Virus record (IMG/VR): IMGVR_UViG_3300046522_000316
Location: 250,290-314,289 of that record
DNA length: 64,000 nt
Source of the DNA: a virus
Taxonomy: Duplodnaviria; Caudoviricetes
Reading direction: 5' to 3' (one strand)
The notes under the pieces are model-generated. The model searched no databases. It had not been told where the DNA came from and saw only the letters and a list, made by a program, of their open reading frames with translations. Below are positions 1 to 8,981 of the stretch, piece after piece; position 1 is the stretch's first letter; every line of letters starts with the position of its first letter. Both the position numbers and the translations under genes were made by a program.

Positions 1-806
1 CCGTACCACGTGCGCAGGAATCCAACGTTAACCGGCGTGCGGTCAAAGTTGCCGCTGAAGTACGCGCCGTATTCTGCCACCAGTTGGTTTGCCGAACGGA
101 AGAACGCGCCGTATTGCCCATTTGCAGCGGTGTTCACATCGGGAATATCCGGCCCGTGGTCGGTGATCAGAATCACACCGTTACCGGCCTCACGATACGC
201 CACCATTGCCGCCACGCCTTGCGGTGTGAAACGCCCGGTTGCTGTCGTGTAATCAGACGACATATGCAGCACTGCGCAATACTGGTCGAGTTCCGCGAAC
301 GTCGGGTTCAGCGTGCCGCTGTAGTCCGCACGGTCTTTGAAAATCGGATTGTAGCCAGCGATTGCAAACAGATTCGCAAACGACGTGTAGAAGCCCGTAG
401 GCGCCCCGGACTTAATCGGGTAGGCCTCGGCTGCAACAGCATCGCCCAAGATCAGCACGTTGCGATTGCCCGCGTTAACTTTCGCTTTGTTGCTCACGAA
501 ATTCAGCGCGTTGTACAAATATTTAAACGCACCAGTCAGCCCGGCGAAACCGACGTTAGCGGCTGGCGCGTAGATGTTGTAAAACTTCGGAAAACCACCG
601 TCATATACAACGTTGCCGCGCCCGTCCTGCGTCACCGCAATAAATGGGTTTGCAGGATTGAGCGTATCGTAGGCAACGTATTCGGAAAGCGTCGGCATCA
701 ATCCGTTAACAGTGAACATAACGAAATCGACGCTCTGGCTCGCTTGCCAGTCAACGGTTTGGCGAGTGGTGTACGTGCCCGCCAAGTGATCGAGATTTAC
801 ATGCAT
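1..806 (-). CDS. 3'-truncated protein (>268 aa), possibly with a GATase1/ThuA-like alpha-beta domain; possible virion protein
   Basis: Not in ORF track (no stop inside window). Hand-translated from ATG at 806 (AAAGG SD): MHVNLDHLAGTYTTRQ...FIAVTQDGRGNVVYDGGFPKFYN...NVLILGDA...GNGVILITDHG, open to the window edge. Confidence 0.7.
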   Translation of the reverse strand, partial: MHVNLDHLAGTYTTRQTVDWQASQSVDFVMFTVNGLMPTLSEYVAYDTLNPANPFIAVTQDGRGNVVYDGGFPKFYNIYAPAANVGFAGLTGAFKYLYNALNFVSNKAKVNAGNRNVLILGDAVAAEAYPIKSGAPTGFYTSFANLFAIAGYNPIFKDRADYSGTLNPTFAELDQYCAVLHMSSDYTTATGRFTPQGVAAMVAYREAGNGVILITDHGPDIPDVNTAANGQYGAFFRSANQLVAEYGAYFSGNFDRTPVNVGFLRTWY

Positions 807-815
807 GGGAAACCT

Positions 816-1133
816 TTAGGAATTTGGTCGGTAGTCTTTATCCGGCCAATGTCCACATTCGACCATCGCGTCTGACCACTGATAATGGCAGAAGCTGGTG
901 ACGCACGAATCAAAAACCGAACAGAGTTCATCGAACGTTTCGATTTCATGCGAGCCATAACGCGTGTCGATGAACAGCGTGCCACCTTTCGTGGTGTACG
1001 CACTCATGTGAGACTTTGCGCCAGTATTGAGTTCGTAAGTAAAACGGGATTTTTCTTTGTCGTATCCGAGGGTGATTTCTACGCCGAGTTTAACCAGCTG
1101 TTCAACCAACGGATGGAGGGGTTTCGTCTTCAT
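816..1133 (-). CDS. hypothetical protein
   Basis: Tiled - strand ORF; no family recognised. Confidence 0.65.
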   Translation of the reverse strand: MKTKPLHPLVEQLVKLGVEITLGYDKEKSRFTYELNTGAKSHMSAYTTKGGTLFIDTRYGSHEIETFDELCSVFDSCVTSFCHYQWSDAMVECGHWPDKDYRPNS

Positions 1134-1578
1134 GTTCTTTACCTTTACAGTTATCGTCAGGCTCAGATATTTTTGGTCGTTGTGCTTCGAGGTCGCGGAT
1201 TTTATTCAGCTTTATGGCCCGCACTCGTTGCGATGTGGTCATCAGGATTTCTTCGACCACACGATTACCCGGCGAATGATATTGAGCGTGCTGTTTACCG
1301 TCACGGGTCAACGGCACACCGTATTCGCTGAAAACGCCTTTTTGAATTCCGTTCACATCGTGCATGCGCCAACGGATATTTTTGTGATTGATTTTTTCTT
1401 GCGTGATCGCCAACCGAAATGCGTCGAAGGCAATCTCGTTTGCGATGTGGATCGTTTCATGTGCGTCGGGCGCAAAGTAACGCGACGGGAGCGAAAGCGC
1501 CTCGCCATCCGAAAGTGCGTACACTGCGTATTCCGCTTCGTCTAACGATCCGGGCAGGTGCAAGTGGACTGTAATCAC
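1102..1578 (-). CDS. hypothetical protein
   Basis: Tiled - strand ORF; start uncertain. Confidence 0.55.
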   Translation of the reverse strand: MITVHLHLPGSLDEAEYAVYALSDGEALSLPSRYFAPDAHETIHIANEIAFDAFRLAITQEKINHKNIRWRMHDVNGIQKGVFSEYGVPLTRDGKQHAQYHSPGNRVVEEILMTTSQRVRAIKLNKIRDLEAQRPKISEPDDNCKGKEHEDETPPSVG

Positions 1579-1918
1579 GTTGGATAAACTCCACGTTCAG
1601 GAAATATTCCGCATCGTGTACGTCGTGAAACACCACGCGTTTACTCACAATGCCGTGTTGATAAAAGTCTACGGTGAATTTCCGGCGTTTGCCTTTCACG
1701 TGTTCGGAGACTCTGATATTTTTCTCTGAATCGCTGATAAAGATTTCGTGCAGGTACTCGCCACGACTCAAGCGATACAGCGAATAAGATGCTTCACGCG
1801 GTCGGTCATTGTGGTGAACAATCCGCGCCACTCGAAGGAATTCTGATTTTCGGAACAGGGGCCACAATCCCCGTTTTTTGTTTTGCTCTGTCGCCGCTGG
1901 ATGGTGCGTAGCATGCAC
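1457..1918 (-). CDS. hypothetical protein (boundaries uncertain)
   Basis: Fills gap between neighbours but overlaps both by >100 nt. Confidence 0.35.
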   Translation of the reverse strand: MHATHHPAATEQNKKRGLWPLFRKSEFLRVARIVHHNDRPREASYSLYRLSRGEYLHEIFISDSEKNIRVSEHVKGKRRKFTVDFYQHGIVSKRVVFHDVHDAEYFLNVEFIQRDYSPLAPARIVRRSGIRSVRTFGWRGAFAPVALLCARRT

Positions 1919-2142
1919 AGCAGATCCTCCTTCTTGGACTCGCTGTAACTTTTTGCAAGTCCTGTATTCAAATTACGCAAAACGAAGCTTTTACGATATT
2001 CAATCAGCACGTAATAAATCGGACGCTGATCCGAGCCGCGTGCCTTGAAAGAAAATTCGAGCGTTCCCTCGCCACGCGATTGCACTACTTTGTACTCAGG
2101 CAGTGCAGCGCGCAAATCCGATACAATTTTCGACCACAACAT
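1768..2142 (-). CDS. hypothetical protein
   Basis: Tiled - strand ORF with AGGA SD. Confidence 0.55.
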   Translation of the reverse strand: MLWSKIVSDLRAALPEYKVVQSRGEGTLEFSFKARGSDQRPIYYVLIEYRKSFVLRNLNTGLAKSYSESKKEDLLCMLRTIQRRQSKTKNGDCGPCSENQNSFEWRGLFTTMTDRVKHLIRCIA

Positions 2143-2170
2143 TTTTCAGAAATCCTTTTCTCAGTTTGGG

Positions 2171-2497
2171 TTAGAGGCTACGCGGAATGCCAGCCGATTC
2201 TTCGGCCTGTGCAATGATTTCCTGCGTCAGGCTACGGATGGCAGTTTTGCGAACGGTGAAACAGAAAACATCGTTCGCGCTGAATTCGCCGTTTGCCAGT
2301 TTGTCTTCCAGCACTTCGGCGCCCCGGCGAATTACTTCCACCAGCGGGTCAGGAATGTAGGTGCCTGCTGCGTCGAACATTTGCAGCGTATTTGCCAGCG
2401 CAATATCAGTGCTGTTCATGCCGCCGCCAGCGCGTGGCCCGGTGACGTTTACTTCTGCCACGTATTGGTCTTCGTAGCGAATGCTTTTATCGTTCAT
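2171..2497 (-). CDS. hypothetical protein
   Basis: Tiled - strand ORF. Confidence 0.65.
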   Translation of the reverse strand: MNDKSIRYEDQYVAEVNVTGPRAGGGMNSTDIALANTLQMFDAAGTYIPDPLVEVIRRGAEVLEDKLANGEFSANDVFCFTVRKTAIRSLTQEIIAQAEESAGIPRSL

Positions 2498-2504
2498 ACA
2501 GACC

Positions 2505-3317
2505 TCAATGAATGTGGTGATTAGGGACGTTCAGACGCACCACAGTACGCGTGCAATCGCGCAGCACTGGTAACGACTCATGCACGAACGTAACGTTGCC
2601 TGCGTAGGCCGTGTGGGCGTCTAGAATGACTTCCTGCATATGGCTGAAATCCAGATGCGAAACATCGCCACCGGGCAACACCAAACCTTCCCATTCGCCA
2701 AGCAACGCACGACTGGCCGAAATGTCAGAAGCCAAAATAATCGCTTCCGGTCTATCGTTCAAATCGAACTCCCAACTACTACCCGGAACATCCCATTGGT
2801 CGCTCGCCTTTTTCGTCGGGTTGCGAGTGTCGTAGTTTTTGCGTGGCGTTTTGTGCGGCTTGCCAAGATCGCCACGTTCTTTTTTGCGGGTTTCTTCCTC
2901 ACGCTTGCGGCGCTGATATTCCTCTTCGGAAATATAACCGTGCCCATCGCGACGACGACCAACATCGGAATGACTTCCACGTGGGGCATGACGACCACTA
3001 GGCATACCGCCGTGTGCAGAAATTGCGTTCCACGGTTTTTGTCCATCGTTCCACGCGCCCGCAGGATTCCAATAACCATCAACATGCAGGCCGGGGCGAC
3101 GATGCGTTGTGGTGGCCGCAACAAACTTCTGATCAACCATCAAATAAATCGGGCCGTCAGTATCCACGCCGACCAACATTTGATCGACGGTTTGTTGCCA
3201 GCGTTTCAGGTCTTCAGGCAGACCAGTTTCCAAACGAAATTCACGCATGTAAATTCGTTCTGCTGTGTACGCCGGAAAATCAACCGGGCCAACTTTCTGC
3301 ATAACCGACTGCAACAT
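2505..3317 (-). CDS. putative 2OG-Fe(II) oxygenase (DSBH fold) with low-complexity insertion
   Basis: HxD motif (RRPGLHVDG), distal His (FVHESLP), terminal Arg strand (RTVVRL). Confidence 0.65.
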   Translation of the reverse strand: MLQSVMQKVGPVDFPAYTAERIYMREFRLETGLPEDLKRWQQTVDQMLVGVDTDGPIYLMVDQKFVAATTTHRRPGLHVDGYWNPAGAWNDGQKPWNAISAHGGMPSGRHAPRGSHSDVGRRRDGHGYISEEEYQRRKREEETRKKERGDLGKPHKTPRKNYDTRNPTKKASDQWDVPGSSWEFDLNDRPEAIILASDISASRALLGEWEGLVLPGGDVSHLDFSHMQEVILDAHTAYAGNVTFVHESLPVLRDCTRTVVRLNVPNHHIH

Positions 3318-3640
3318 TATTTCTTCCTCGACTGCTTACGCATTTTCTTTTTCACTTTACGCGCTGCACGTTTGATGGCCGCAAACGGTTGACCGTGGCC
3401 GCTGGTACGCACGCCGTCAGAACGCCCGCCTGAATAGCTCAGGCCACCGAACGGCAAATGGGTACGTGGTTCCGTGTCTTCGGTGCGTGGTGGCGTCGGG
3501 TGCATTGCAGCAGCCGTTGCCATTGCCATAGCCAGCATACGCAAATGACCACTACGCCCGCCGCTGGTTGTGGTGCGGATAATTTCGATGCCGTCCGGAT
3601 ACTTTTGGACAGGCACGTCGCCTTGAATTTCATTTTGCAT
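3317..3640 (-). CDS. hypothetical protein, basic C-terminus
   Basis: Tiled - strand ORF, stop/start coupled. Confidence 0.55.
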   Translation of the reverse strand: MQNEIQGDVPVQKYPDGIEIIRTTTSGGRSGHLRMLAMAMATAAAMHPTPPRTEDTEPRTHLPFGGLSYSGGRSDGVRTSGHGQPFAAIKRAARKVKKKMRKQSRKK

Positions 3641-4057
3641 TTAGCGAATTCCGACAGAAGTTTGAGAAACAATCACGGTGTAGGTGCGCGTAGACTGATC
3701 CGCCATCAGGGCCTTGGCTTGTTCGTTCGCAATTACTTCGTCGCGGTAATGAATTGCACGACTGCCGACTTTCGTGGTGCCTACAGAATCCAGCGCAATC
3801 ACCGCCACATATTCCATGGAACGGTTTTCGCGGATCATGTAGAGAAATTCGGTGCCCGGTTGAAGTTCGCCGCGTTCAACAGCTTCGAAGCCGGGACTAG
3901 CTGGCGCAGCCGTCCACACCTTCGCAAAAGCTTCTGCGGTTTCTTTGTTGGGAAAGCTCAACGCCTCCTGATCAAGTGTTACCATAAGCACTTTGCCATC
4001 GGGGCAAATCATGCCGACAAAACCACCAGATTTTTTATTGCGAATTACGAATCCCAT
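3641..4057 (-). CDS. hypothetical protein
   Basis: Tiled - strand ORF, coupled to upstream gene. Confidence 0.65.
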   Translation of the reverse strand: MGFVIRNKKSGGFVGMICPDGKVLMVTLDQEALSFPNKETAEAFAKVWTAAPASPGFEAVERGELQPGTEFLYMIRENRSMEYVAVIALDSVGTTKVGSRAIHYRDEVIANEQAKALMADQSTRTYTVIVSQTSVGIR

Positions 4058-4701
4058 TATTTCCGTTTCCCTTCTGCGTCAAACATTACGACTGCAACCA
4101 CGCCGTAGCGCGTCGATTGCGGGCCGCGTAAAGAATCGCGAACCTCTTCGGCCAGTTTCCGGCCCGTGGTCAGCATTGCTTTTTGAATGTCGGTGCTGGT
4201 GCGAATATCGGGGCCAACCAACGCCGTGATGTAACGGTTCGTGTGGTTGTCGCTGATCGCGTAAACGTTAATGTCTTCCGTCGGCGGCACGTCCACATTA
4301 ATTGGCGTGATGTGCTTCCAGAAAATGTATTCCAGCGCGTCGGTTGAGGCCACACGAATATAGCCATTGCGCGGCAAAGATTCTTGCAGGATTGGCGAAT
4401 GCACTTGATCGACAAACACCGCGTGATAACCGAGGACAGTTGCGCGATTCTCCAGCCACGAAAGCAGCGTGCGGAAAAACCCCTGATTACGCAATCTTTC
4501 TGCAACGTCAATCGACGCCACGGATATTGCAGGAATGAACATACGGCCTTCAGGCTCCAGACGACGCCCGGCGCGCAGGTAAATTCGGAACTGCGAACAT
4601 TTAAATTCTTCCGAACGTGGAATTTGTGAATCGACTTGCGCAGCTAGCCAATCCGCGATTGCGTCCATGGCGGGGCCAGCATTATCTTTTTTCGCTTTCA
4701 T
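4057..4701 (-). CDS. GNAT-family acetyltransferase-like protein with extra C-terminal domain
   Basis: SVASIDVAERLRNQGFFRTLL resembles the GNAT beta4/acetyl-CoA motif A; RNGY at domain end. Confidence 0.65.
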   Translation of the reverse strand: MKAKKDNAGPAMDAIADWLAAQVDSQIPRSEEFKCSQFRIYLRAGRRLEPEGRMFIPAISVASIDVAERLRNQGFFRTLLSWLENRATVLGYHAVFVDQVHSPILQESLPRNGYIRVASTDALEYIFWKHITPINVDVPPTEDINVYAISDNHTNRYITALVGPDIRTSTDIQKAMLTTGRKLAEEVRDSLRGPQSTRYGVVAVVMFDAEGKRK

Positions 4702-5258
4702 AACTTACCTGCCTTTTTCGCGGCCAAGAATTGTTTTCGGAATGCCTGTTTACGGCGCGTCTGGATAATTCGAATTGCTCGCCAGCGATCAATAAAAAGC
4801 TCGCCGGTCTTTTCGCGGATTTCCCGCGATGCTCGTTGTATTTCCACTTCGCCAAAAGTATTGTCCGGCACATAAATAAAATGCCGTTCGAAGAAATCCA
4901 AGGAACCCGGATAACCCTGCTCGCCCTGAATAACCCGGTTGCCGAAGTTCTCCAGTTCACGCAGTCGTTTCAGCATGGCAGTAGCAACGCCCTTACGGCG
5001 CTTTGTAGGCGTCACGTAGAACTGCACATAGCAGCGCTTAGGTTCGAACAGAATGCAGCCCACAGGCCAGCTTAGTTTCGGCCCGCCCCATGCAACGATG
5101 ATCATCACTTCCCGGCGCCAATCTTTGCCGGTGCGTGCGACACGTTCCCATGAATCTTGCAGATGGCCGCTTTCCTCGAACATGCGTTCCCTGCTCATGA
5201 TTCCGGCGATTTCTTTTAACGCAGTTTCACCAGTGTACGAATGACAAGCCAATTTCAT
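4698..5258 (-). CDS. GNAT-family acetyltransferase
   Basis: VGCILF...VQFYVTPTKRRKGVATAML (RxxGxA acetyl-CoA motif), followed by SLDFFERH. Confidence 0.8.
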   Translation of the reverse strand: MKLACHSYTGETALKEIAGIMSRERMFEESGHLQDSWERVARTGKDWRREVMIIVAWGGPKLSWPVGCILFEPKRCYVQFYVTPTKRRKGVATAMLKRLRELENFGNRVIQGEQGYPGSLDFFERHFIYVPDNTFGEVEIQRASREIREKTGELFIDRWRAIRIIQTRRKQAFRKQFLAAKKAGKL

Positions 5259-5434
5259 TTGCGGCCCTTACGCTGCGCACGCAACGCTGCACGTTTCTTT
5301 TTGGAAGGCACGCACACTTTGCGTGGGTCTTCTTTCCGGTCTTTCGGATTGCTACGCAGGATCGGCCCCAGTTGTGTACCGAGGCGAATGCTGCGCGCAA
5401 TCATGTCATCAACGAAATATCGGTCAGGCATCAT
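5255..5434 (-). CDS. small basic hypothetical protein (59 aa)
   Basis: Hand-translated MMPDRYFVDDMIARSIRLG...KKKRAALRAQRKGRK; ATGA overlaps at both ends. Confidence 0.55.
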   Translation of the reverse strand: MMPDRYFVDDMIARSIRLGTQLGPILRSNPKDRKEDPRKVCVPSKKKRAALRAQRKGRK

Positions 5435-5673
5435 TTCTTCTTAGCCCGTGCTTGTTTGCGCGCTTTCTTTTCGAGTTTACGCTTGGCTTTCTTTTTCTTC
5501 GCCGCTGCAATTTCGTGCGGCCAGATCGGTTCCGGGGCGCGACTCAAATAACCAGAATGAGGTTTGCCCGGCGTGAGAAACAGCGTACCGGTATTTCCAG
5601 TCAGCCGGTCGAACACAGTCGGGTTTTCGTTGCGGTCACTCATTAGCGCATTGCGCAATCCTTGATCCATCAT
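5431..5673 (-). CDS. Lys-rich hypothetical protein
   Basis: Start reassigned to ATGA overlap at 5673 (MMDQGLRN...). Confidence 0.55.
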   Translation of the reverse strand: MMDQGLRNALMSDRNENPTVFDRLTGNTGTLFLTPGKPHSGYLSRAPEPIWPHEIAAAKKKKAKRKLEKKARKQARAKKK

Positions 5674-6401
5674 TGCTGTGCCCTCGCTGGCGATTCGTTC
5701 GATACAGGAATCGGGTGCGTAATCATGTACACGTATGGCATGCGGTATTGTTTGCCGTGCGTGCGGATCGAAACTTGATTCGGTAAAAGGCTGCTGACAA
5801 AACCCTGACGAATATTCATACCGAAAACACTTTTGCACGAACGCCCGTTAATGATGATCGCCAGTTCTACGGGATCGCCAATATGCAGTTCGTTGTCGAT
5901 TTCTGTCGAGTAGTGCGGTTGCCGACTGAGAATCGAAAACATCAATTTCAGGAACGTGGCGTTCGGACTGAAATAAATATCGTTCTGTACGTCGTGCCAC
6001 ATGCACAGCGAACGGTGTTCTTCCATTGGCCGGGTAAGCGACGTTTTACCGTCGAACACATCCTGAAGCCCGGCGCTAATTCCTTCAGGGCCACCGAGGC
6101 GTTCGAGCCTGTCGGTCGCTACAAGCGCGTACAGGCGTTTTCCCTGTACGAACAGCGTTTGATATTCGGGTTGCTCGCCCACTTGCGACAGGCGCGTTTG
6201 TGGACGGCAGGAAAGGATAACGAGCGAGTAAGGAACACCCTCAAGCAGTTCACGGCGCACGCGGTATTCGCTTTGTGGATATGCGCCGAAAAACTCCGGT
6301 GCCGCCATATCCTCATAGCTGACAATTTCCTCGACGCTTTGACCGCGATGGAGTTCGGAGTAACGGAAGCCAACACGATGCAGCAATTTAGGTTTGTACA
6401 T
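5670..6401 (-). CDS. hypothetical protein
   Basis: AAGGA SD; tiled ORF. Confidence 0.7.
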   Translation of the reverse strand: MYKPKLLHRVGFRYSELHRGQSVEEIVSYEDMAAPEFFGAYPQSEYRVRRELLEGVPYSLVILSCRPQTRLSQVGEQPEYQTLFVQGKRLYALVATDRLERLGGPEGISAGLQDVFDGKTSLTRPMEEHRSLCMWHDVQNDIYFSPNATFLKLMFSILSRQPHYSTEIDNELHIGDPVELAIIINGRSCKSVFGMNIRQGFVSSLLPNQVSIRTHGKQYRMPYVYMITHPIPVSNESPARAQQ

Positions 6402-6435
6402 TTTTGTATTCCTTGTTCAAGGGCCGGGGTTTTAT

Positions 6436-6822
6436 TTATTCGTCGTCAAGAAAACTTAGATCGTCGTCCGAATCTTTTTGTTGCGGTGGTTCTTTCCCCT
6501 CGACGAATTTGCCGAGGATTACATGGTTGCGTACACCCTTCCACTTGTGACCGTTGGGCGTAGTGATTACATCGTTCGGGCCGAAGCCTGTCAGATTCCA
6601 CCACGCGCCAAAGAAATAGCGGAAACGGAAAACGTAAGGCTTGCCGTCAGCGATCCCGACTTTCTTTTTGAAGAACTGGAAATCAATTGCACGACCGAAG
6701 CCGTAAATAATTTCCAGCAGAATGCCAGACAGGAACCACAGCAGCGCGCCGGTTACGATTGCACCACAAAGCAGCAGCCACCAATGTTGAATAAAATGAT
6801 TCGACAAATAGTCATTCAGCAT
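6436..6822 (-). CDS. membrane protein
   Basis: Hydrophobic segment WWLLLCGAIVTGALLWFLSGILL. Confidence 0.65.
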   Translation of the reverse strand: MLNDYLSNHFIQHWWLLLCGAIVTGALLWFLSGILLEIIYGFGRAIDFQFFKKKVGIADGKPYVFRFRYFFGAWWNLTGFGPNDVITTPNGHKWKGVRNHVILGKFVEGKEPPQQKDSDDDLSFLDDE

Positions 6823-7162
6823 TTTGTTCTGGCCTCACTTTGTATTCGGTCAGTTTGACGATGGCACTGCCACGCGGGCCGCTGCGTTGGTTGTTCAATT
6901 CCTGCTGAATAATTGCAGCAGCATCAAACGACGGATCGGAATGCTTGATGTAGCCCATGAAACGCTCGACGGCTACAGGCGGAACCGAACCGTGATAATC
7001 CACCGCATTGACCGCACGATAAATTTCGTCAACGGTGCGATTCAAATGCAGGTTCCACAACGTGAGCCTGCGTTCCGCCAGATAAAGGCGCCACATGAAA
7101 ATCGCACATGCCACGGCCATCAGCACAAGGCACGTATACGGACTGTACATTACTGTTTCCAT
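6812..7162 (-). CDS. membrane-anchored hypothetical protein
   Basis: N-terminal hydrophobic helix. Confidence 0.6.
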   Translation of the reverse strand: METVMYSPYTCLVLMAVACAIFMWRLYLAERRLTLWNLHLNRTVDEIYRAVNAVDYHGSVPPVAVERFMGYIKHSDPSFDAAAIIQQELNNQRSGPRGSAIVKLTEYKVRPEQNAE

Positions 7163-7216
7163 CTTTCATTGTCCCTAAAGTAAATGGGCCACTCGAAAAG
7201 AATGACCCTTGCGGAA

Positions 7217-8179
7217 TTAGCTCAAAGCTTCGTCGTTATTTTTTGTCAGACGACGTTTTGCTGCAATGGATACGACCGGCATACCAGCACCGCCCATCAG
7301 AACGTGACGCATATTGCAGTTGGTGGTTACAGTCAGGCCCAACGTGTCACGCAAATATGCAATCAGGTACTCAACCTTACGATCTTGGCGCACCATGTTT
7401 TCCAAATTGCGTTCGACGAAATCACGGGTCACGCCCATGATGCTTACAGCGTCGTCATCATCGGACTGATCCAGACGAATATGGCAACCTGTTTCATTAC
7501 GGACGAATCTTTCGAATTCCAGAACCGTGGTTTCGTAGCAAGGTTCGAAAGAATCCGGCTGTTCTTTTTCCTGTTCGAGCTTGCGATATTTCACCCGGTC
7601 GTAATCCGGGGCGCAGGCGTATTCGTGTTCGTCGAAACAAACCTTTACACCCTGCTCAGGAATGCAACGCGCTGTAAATGCCAGCATATCCAGAAGGTCG
7701 TTTTCCTCTTCTGTTTCATCCGCCAAATTAATCATGGCGCCAGCGAACCACAACAGACTGCCACGCAGGACAATCGTTTTCTTCGAACTGGATTTGCGCA
7801 GGATTTGGATTTTGAAGCCGGTCGCTTCGAACACCAGACTTTCGATTACGACGATTTGCTGAATCGAATGATCGTCAACTTTCAATTCCGCCAAACTGCG
7901 CTGGTCGCTACGGCTGATTTTCTCAGCAGCCGTTTTTGCAAAATCCGGAATGTCGCGTTTCTCTTCCAGCCACAAACCAACTTGGCGCAGGCGTTCGATT
8001 TGCTGCAACCAAATGCCTTGTGCGTCTTCGTCGCAGTTGTCCATATCGACGCCTTTAGCATCGTACAGCGCGCCGTCGTTGGTTGTGTTTCGTATCGCTT
8101 CCGCAAAATGCGAAGGCCCCAAGGATTCGATCACGTTACCTACTACGTTCTCGGCCAGTTCCATAGTCTTACGTCCCAT
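7217..8179 (-). CDS. hypothetical protein, first gene after a sigma70 promoter
   Basis: Start at 8179 (MGRKT) after GAGGAAG SD and the family-A leader. Confidence 0.7.
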   Translation of the reverse strand: MGRKTMELAENVVGNVIESLGPSHFAEAIRNTTNDGALYDAKGVDMDNCDEDAQGIWLQQIERLRQVGLWLEEKRDIPDFAKTAAEKISRSDQRSLAELKVDDHSIQQIVVIESLVFEATGFKIQILRKSSSKKTIVLRGSLLWFAGAMINLADETEEENDLLDMLAFTARCIPEQGVKVCFDEHEYACAPDYDRVKYRKLEQEKEQPDSFEPCYETTVLEFERFVRNETGCHIRLDQSDDDDAVSIMGVTRDFVERNLENMVRQDRKVEYLIAYLRDTLGLTVTTNCNMRHVLMGGAGMPVVSIAAKRRLTKNNDEALS

Positions 8180-8268
8180 GCTCAAACTTCCTCTAATGCG
8201 TGAGTGCTTTTGTTTCGGGCACACAATGGGCCAGCCGCCACATTACCATTCGTCGGCCCACGGGTCAA
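8180..8268 (-). promoter_or_regulatory. sigma70-type promoter plus family-A leader
   Basis: TTGACC(8268-8263)-17 bp-TAATGT(8245-8240) with extended TG; leader CACTCACGCATTAGAGGAAG. Confidence 0.7.
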
Positions 8269-8281
8269 GGTCAGGCAGGCC

Positions 8282-8578
8282 CTAGAGCGCGTAGCACTGC
8301 CGAACGGCGGGCACCGGGCCATCGGTGGTTACACGGACGGTTGCGCCCTTCTTGTCGTAGTACCGGGTAACGCTGTTGCCTGCCTTCGCCAGTTCAATCA
8401 ACGCAAGGCGCAAACCGTTTGCCCAAATGCTTAACGACCAACCGCATTCGATTTCAACAACCGAGGAAATATAACCGCGCTGCTTTGCCAAATTCTGCGC
8501 GTTACGAATCTGGTTGAAAATAATGTCTACGTCTTGTTTCGTCTGCCGTGACTTTGGCGGCATCTTCACTTTTGCCAT
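8282..8578 (-). CDS. hypothetical protein
   Basis: GAGGAAG SD; tiled ORF. Confidence 0.65.
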   Translation of the reverse strand: MAKVKMPPKSRQTKQDVDIIFNQIRNAQNLAKQRGYISSVVEIECGWSLSIWANGLRLALIELAKAGNSVTRYYDKKGATVRVTTDGPVPAVRQCYAL

Positions 8579-8981
8579 CTTTCACTTCCTCCTGCGCTTC
8601 CAGCTTGCGCATGAACAGAATTAAATCGGCGGGGATATTGTCCGCAGCGTGGAATGGGTAATCTTTAAAAGCCTCCCCCAGCCAACTCATGCTAACACAT
8701 TGACCGTCACCAATTACTTCAATTACGGAACCGACGATGCGATCACGACTTTGAATCAGGATCGCAATATCTCCGCTACTGCCCATAACCAAACTCGGGC
8801 GATTTACATCACGGTCGCGAAGGTACTGCAAAACCTGCAATGCCTCGGCAACCGTTTTGCGATTTGCGGCCCGGCCTTCACCATCACACCAACCCGGTTC
8901 CGAGGTCAGAAATAATTCCAGACGCTCGAACTGGTATTCACTTAGCGAAAAAGTCCGGGGTCTTGAGAGTTTCGATTTCAT
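8502..8981 (-). CDS. hypothetical protein
   Basis: Tiled - strand ORF. Confidence 0.6.
   Translation of the reverse strand: MKSKLSRPRTFSLSEYQFERLELFLTSEPGWCDGEGRAANRKTVAEALQVLQYLRDRDVNRPSLVMGSSGDIAILIQSRDRIVGSVIEVIGDGQCVSMSWLGEAFKDYPFHAADNIPADLILFMRKLEAQEEVKDGKSEDAAKVTADETRRRHYFQPDS

Noticed and set aside
1457-2142. Programmed frameshift or overlapping-gene system at the >100-nt overlaps among 1102..1578, 1457..1918 and 1768..2142
   Set aside because: No clear slippery heptamer or stimulatory structure; mis-called starts or a sequence error are equally likely.
7217-8179. ThyX-like thymidylate synthase (MRH motif)
   Set aside because: No RHRxxSxxxxSxR signature.
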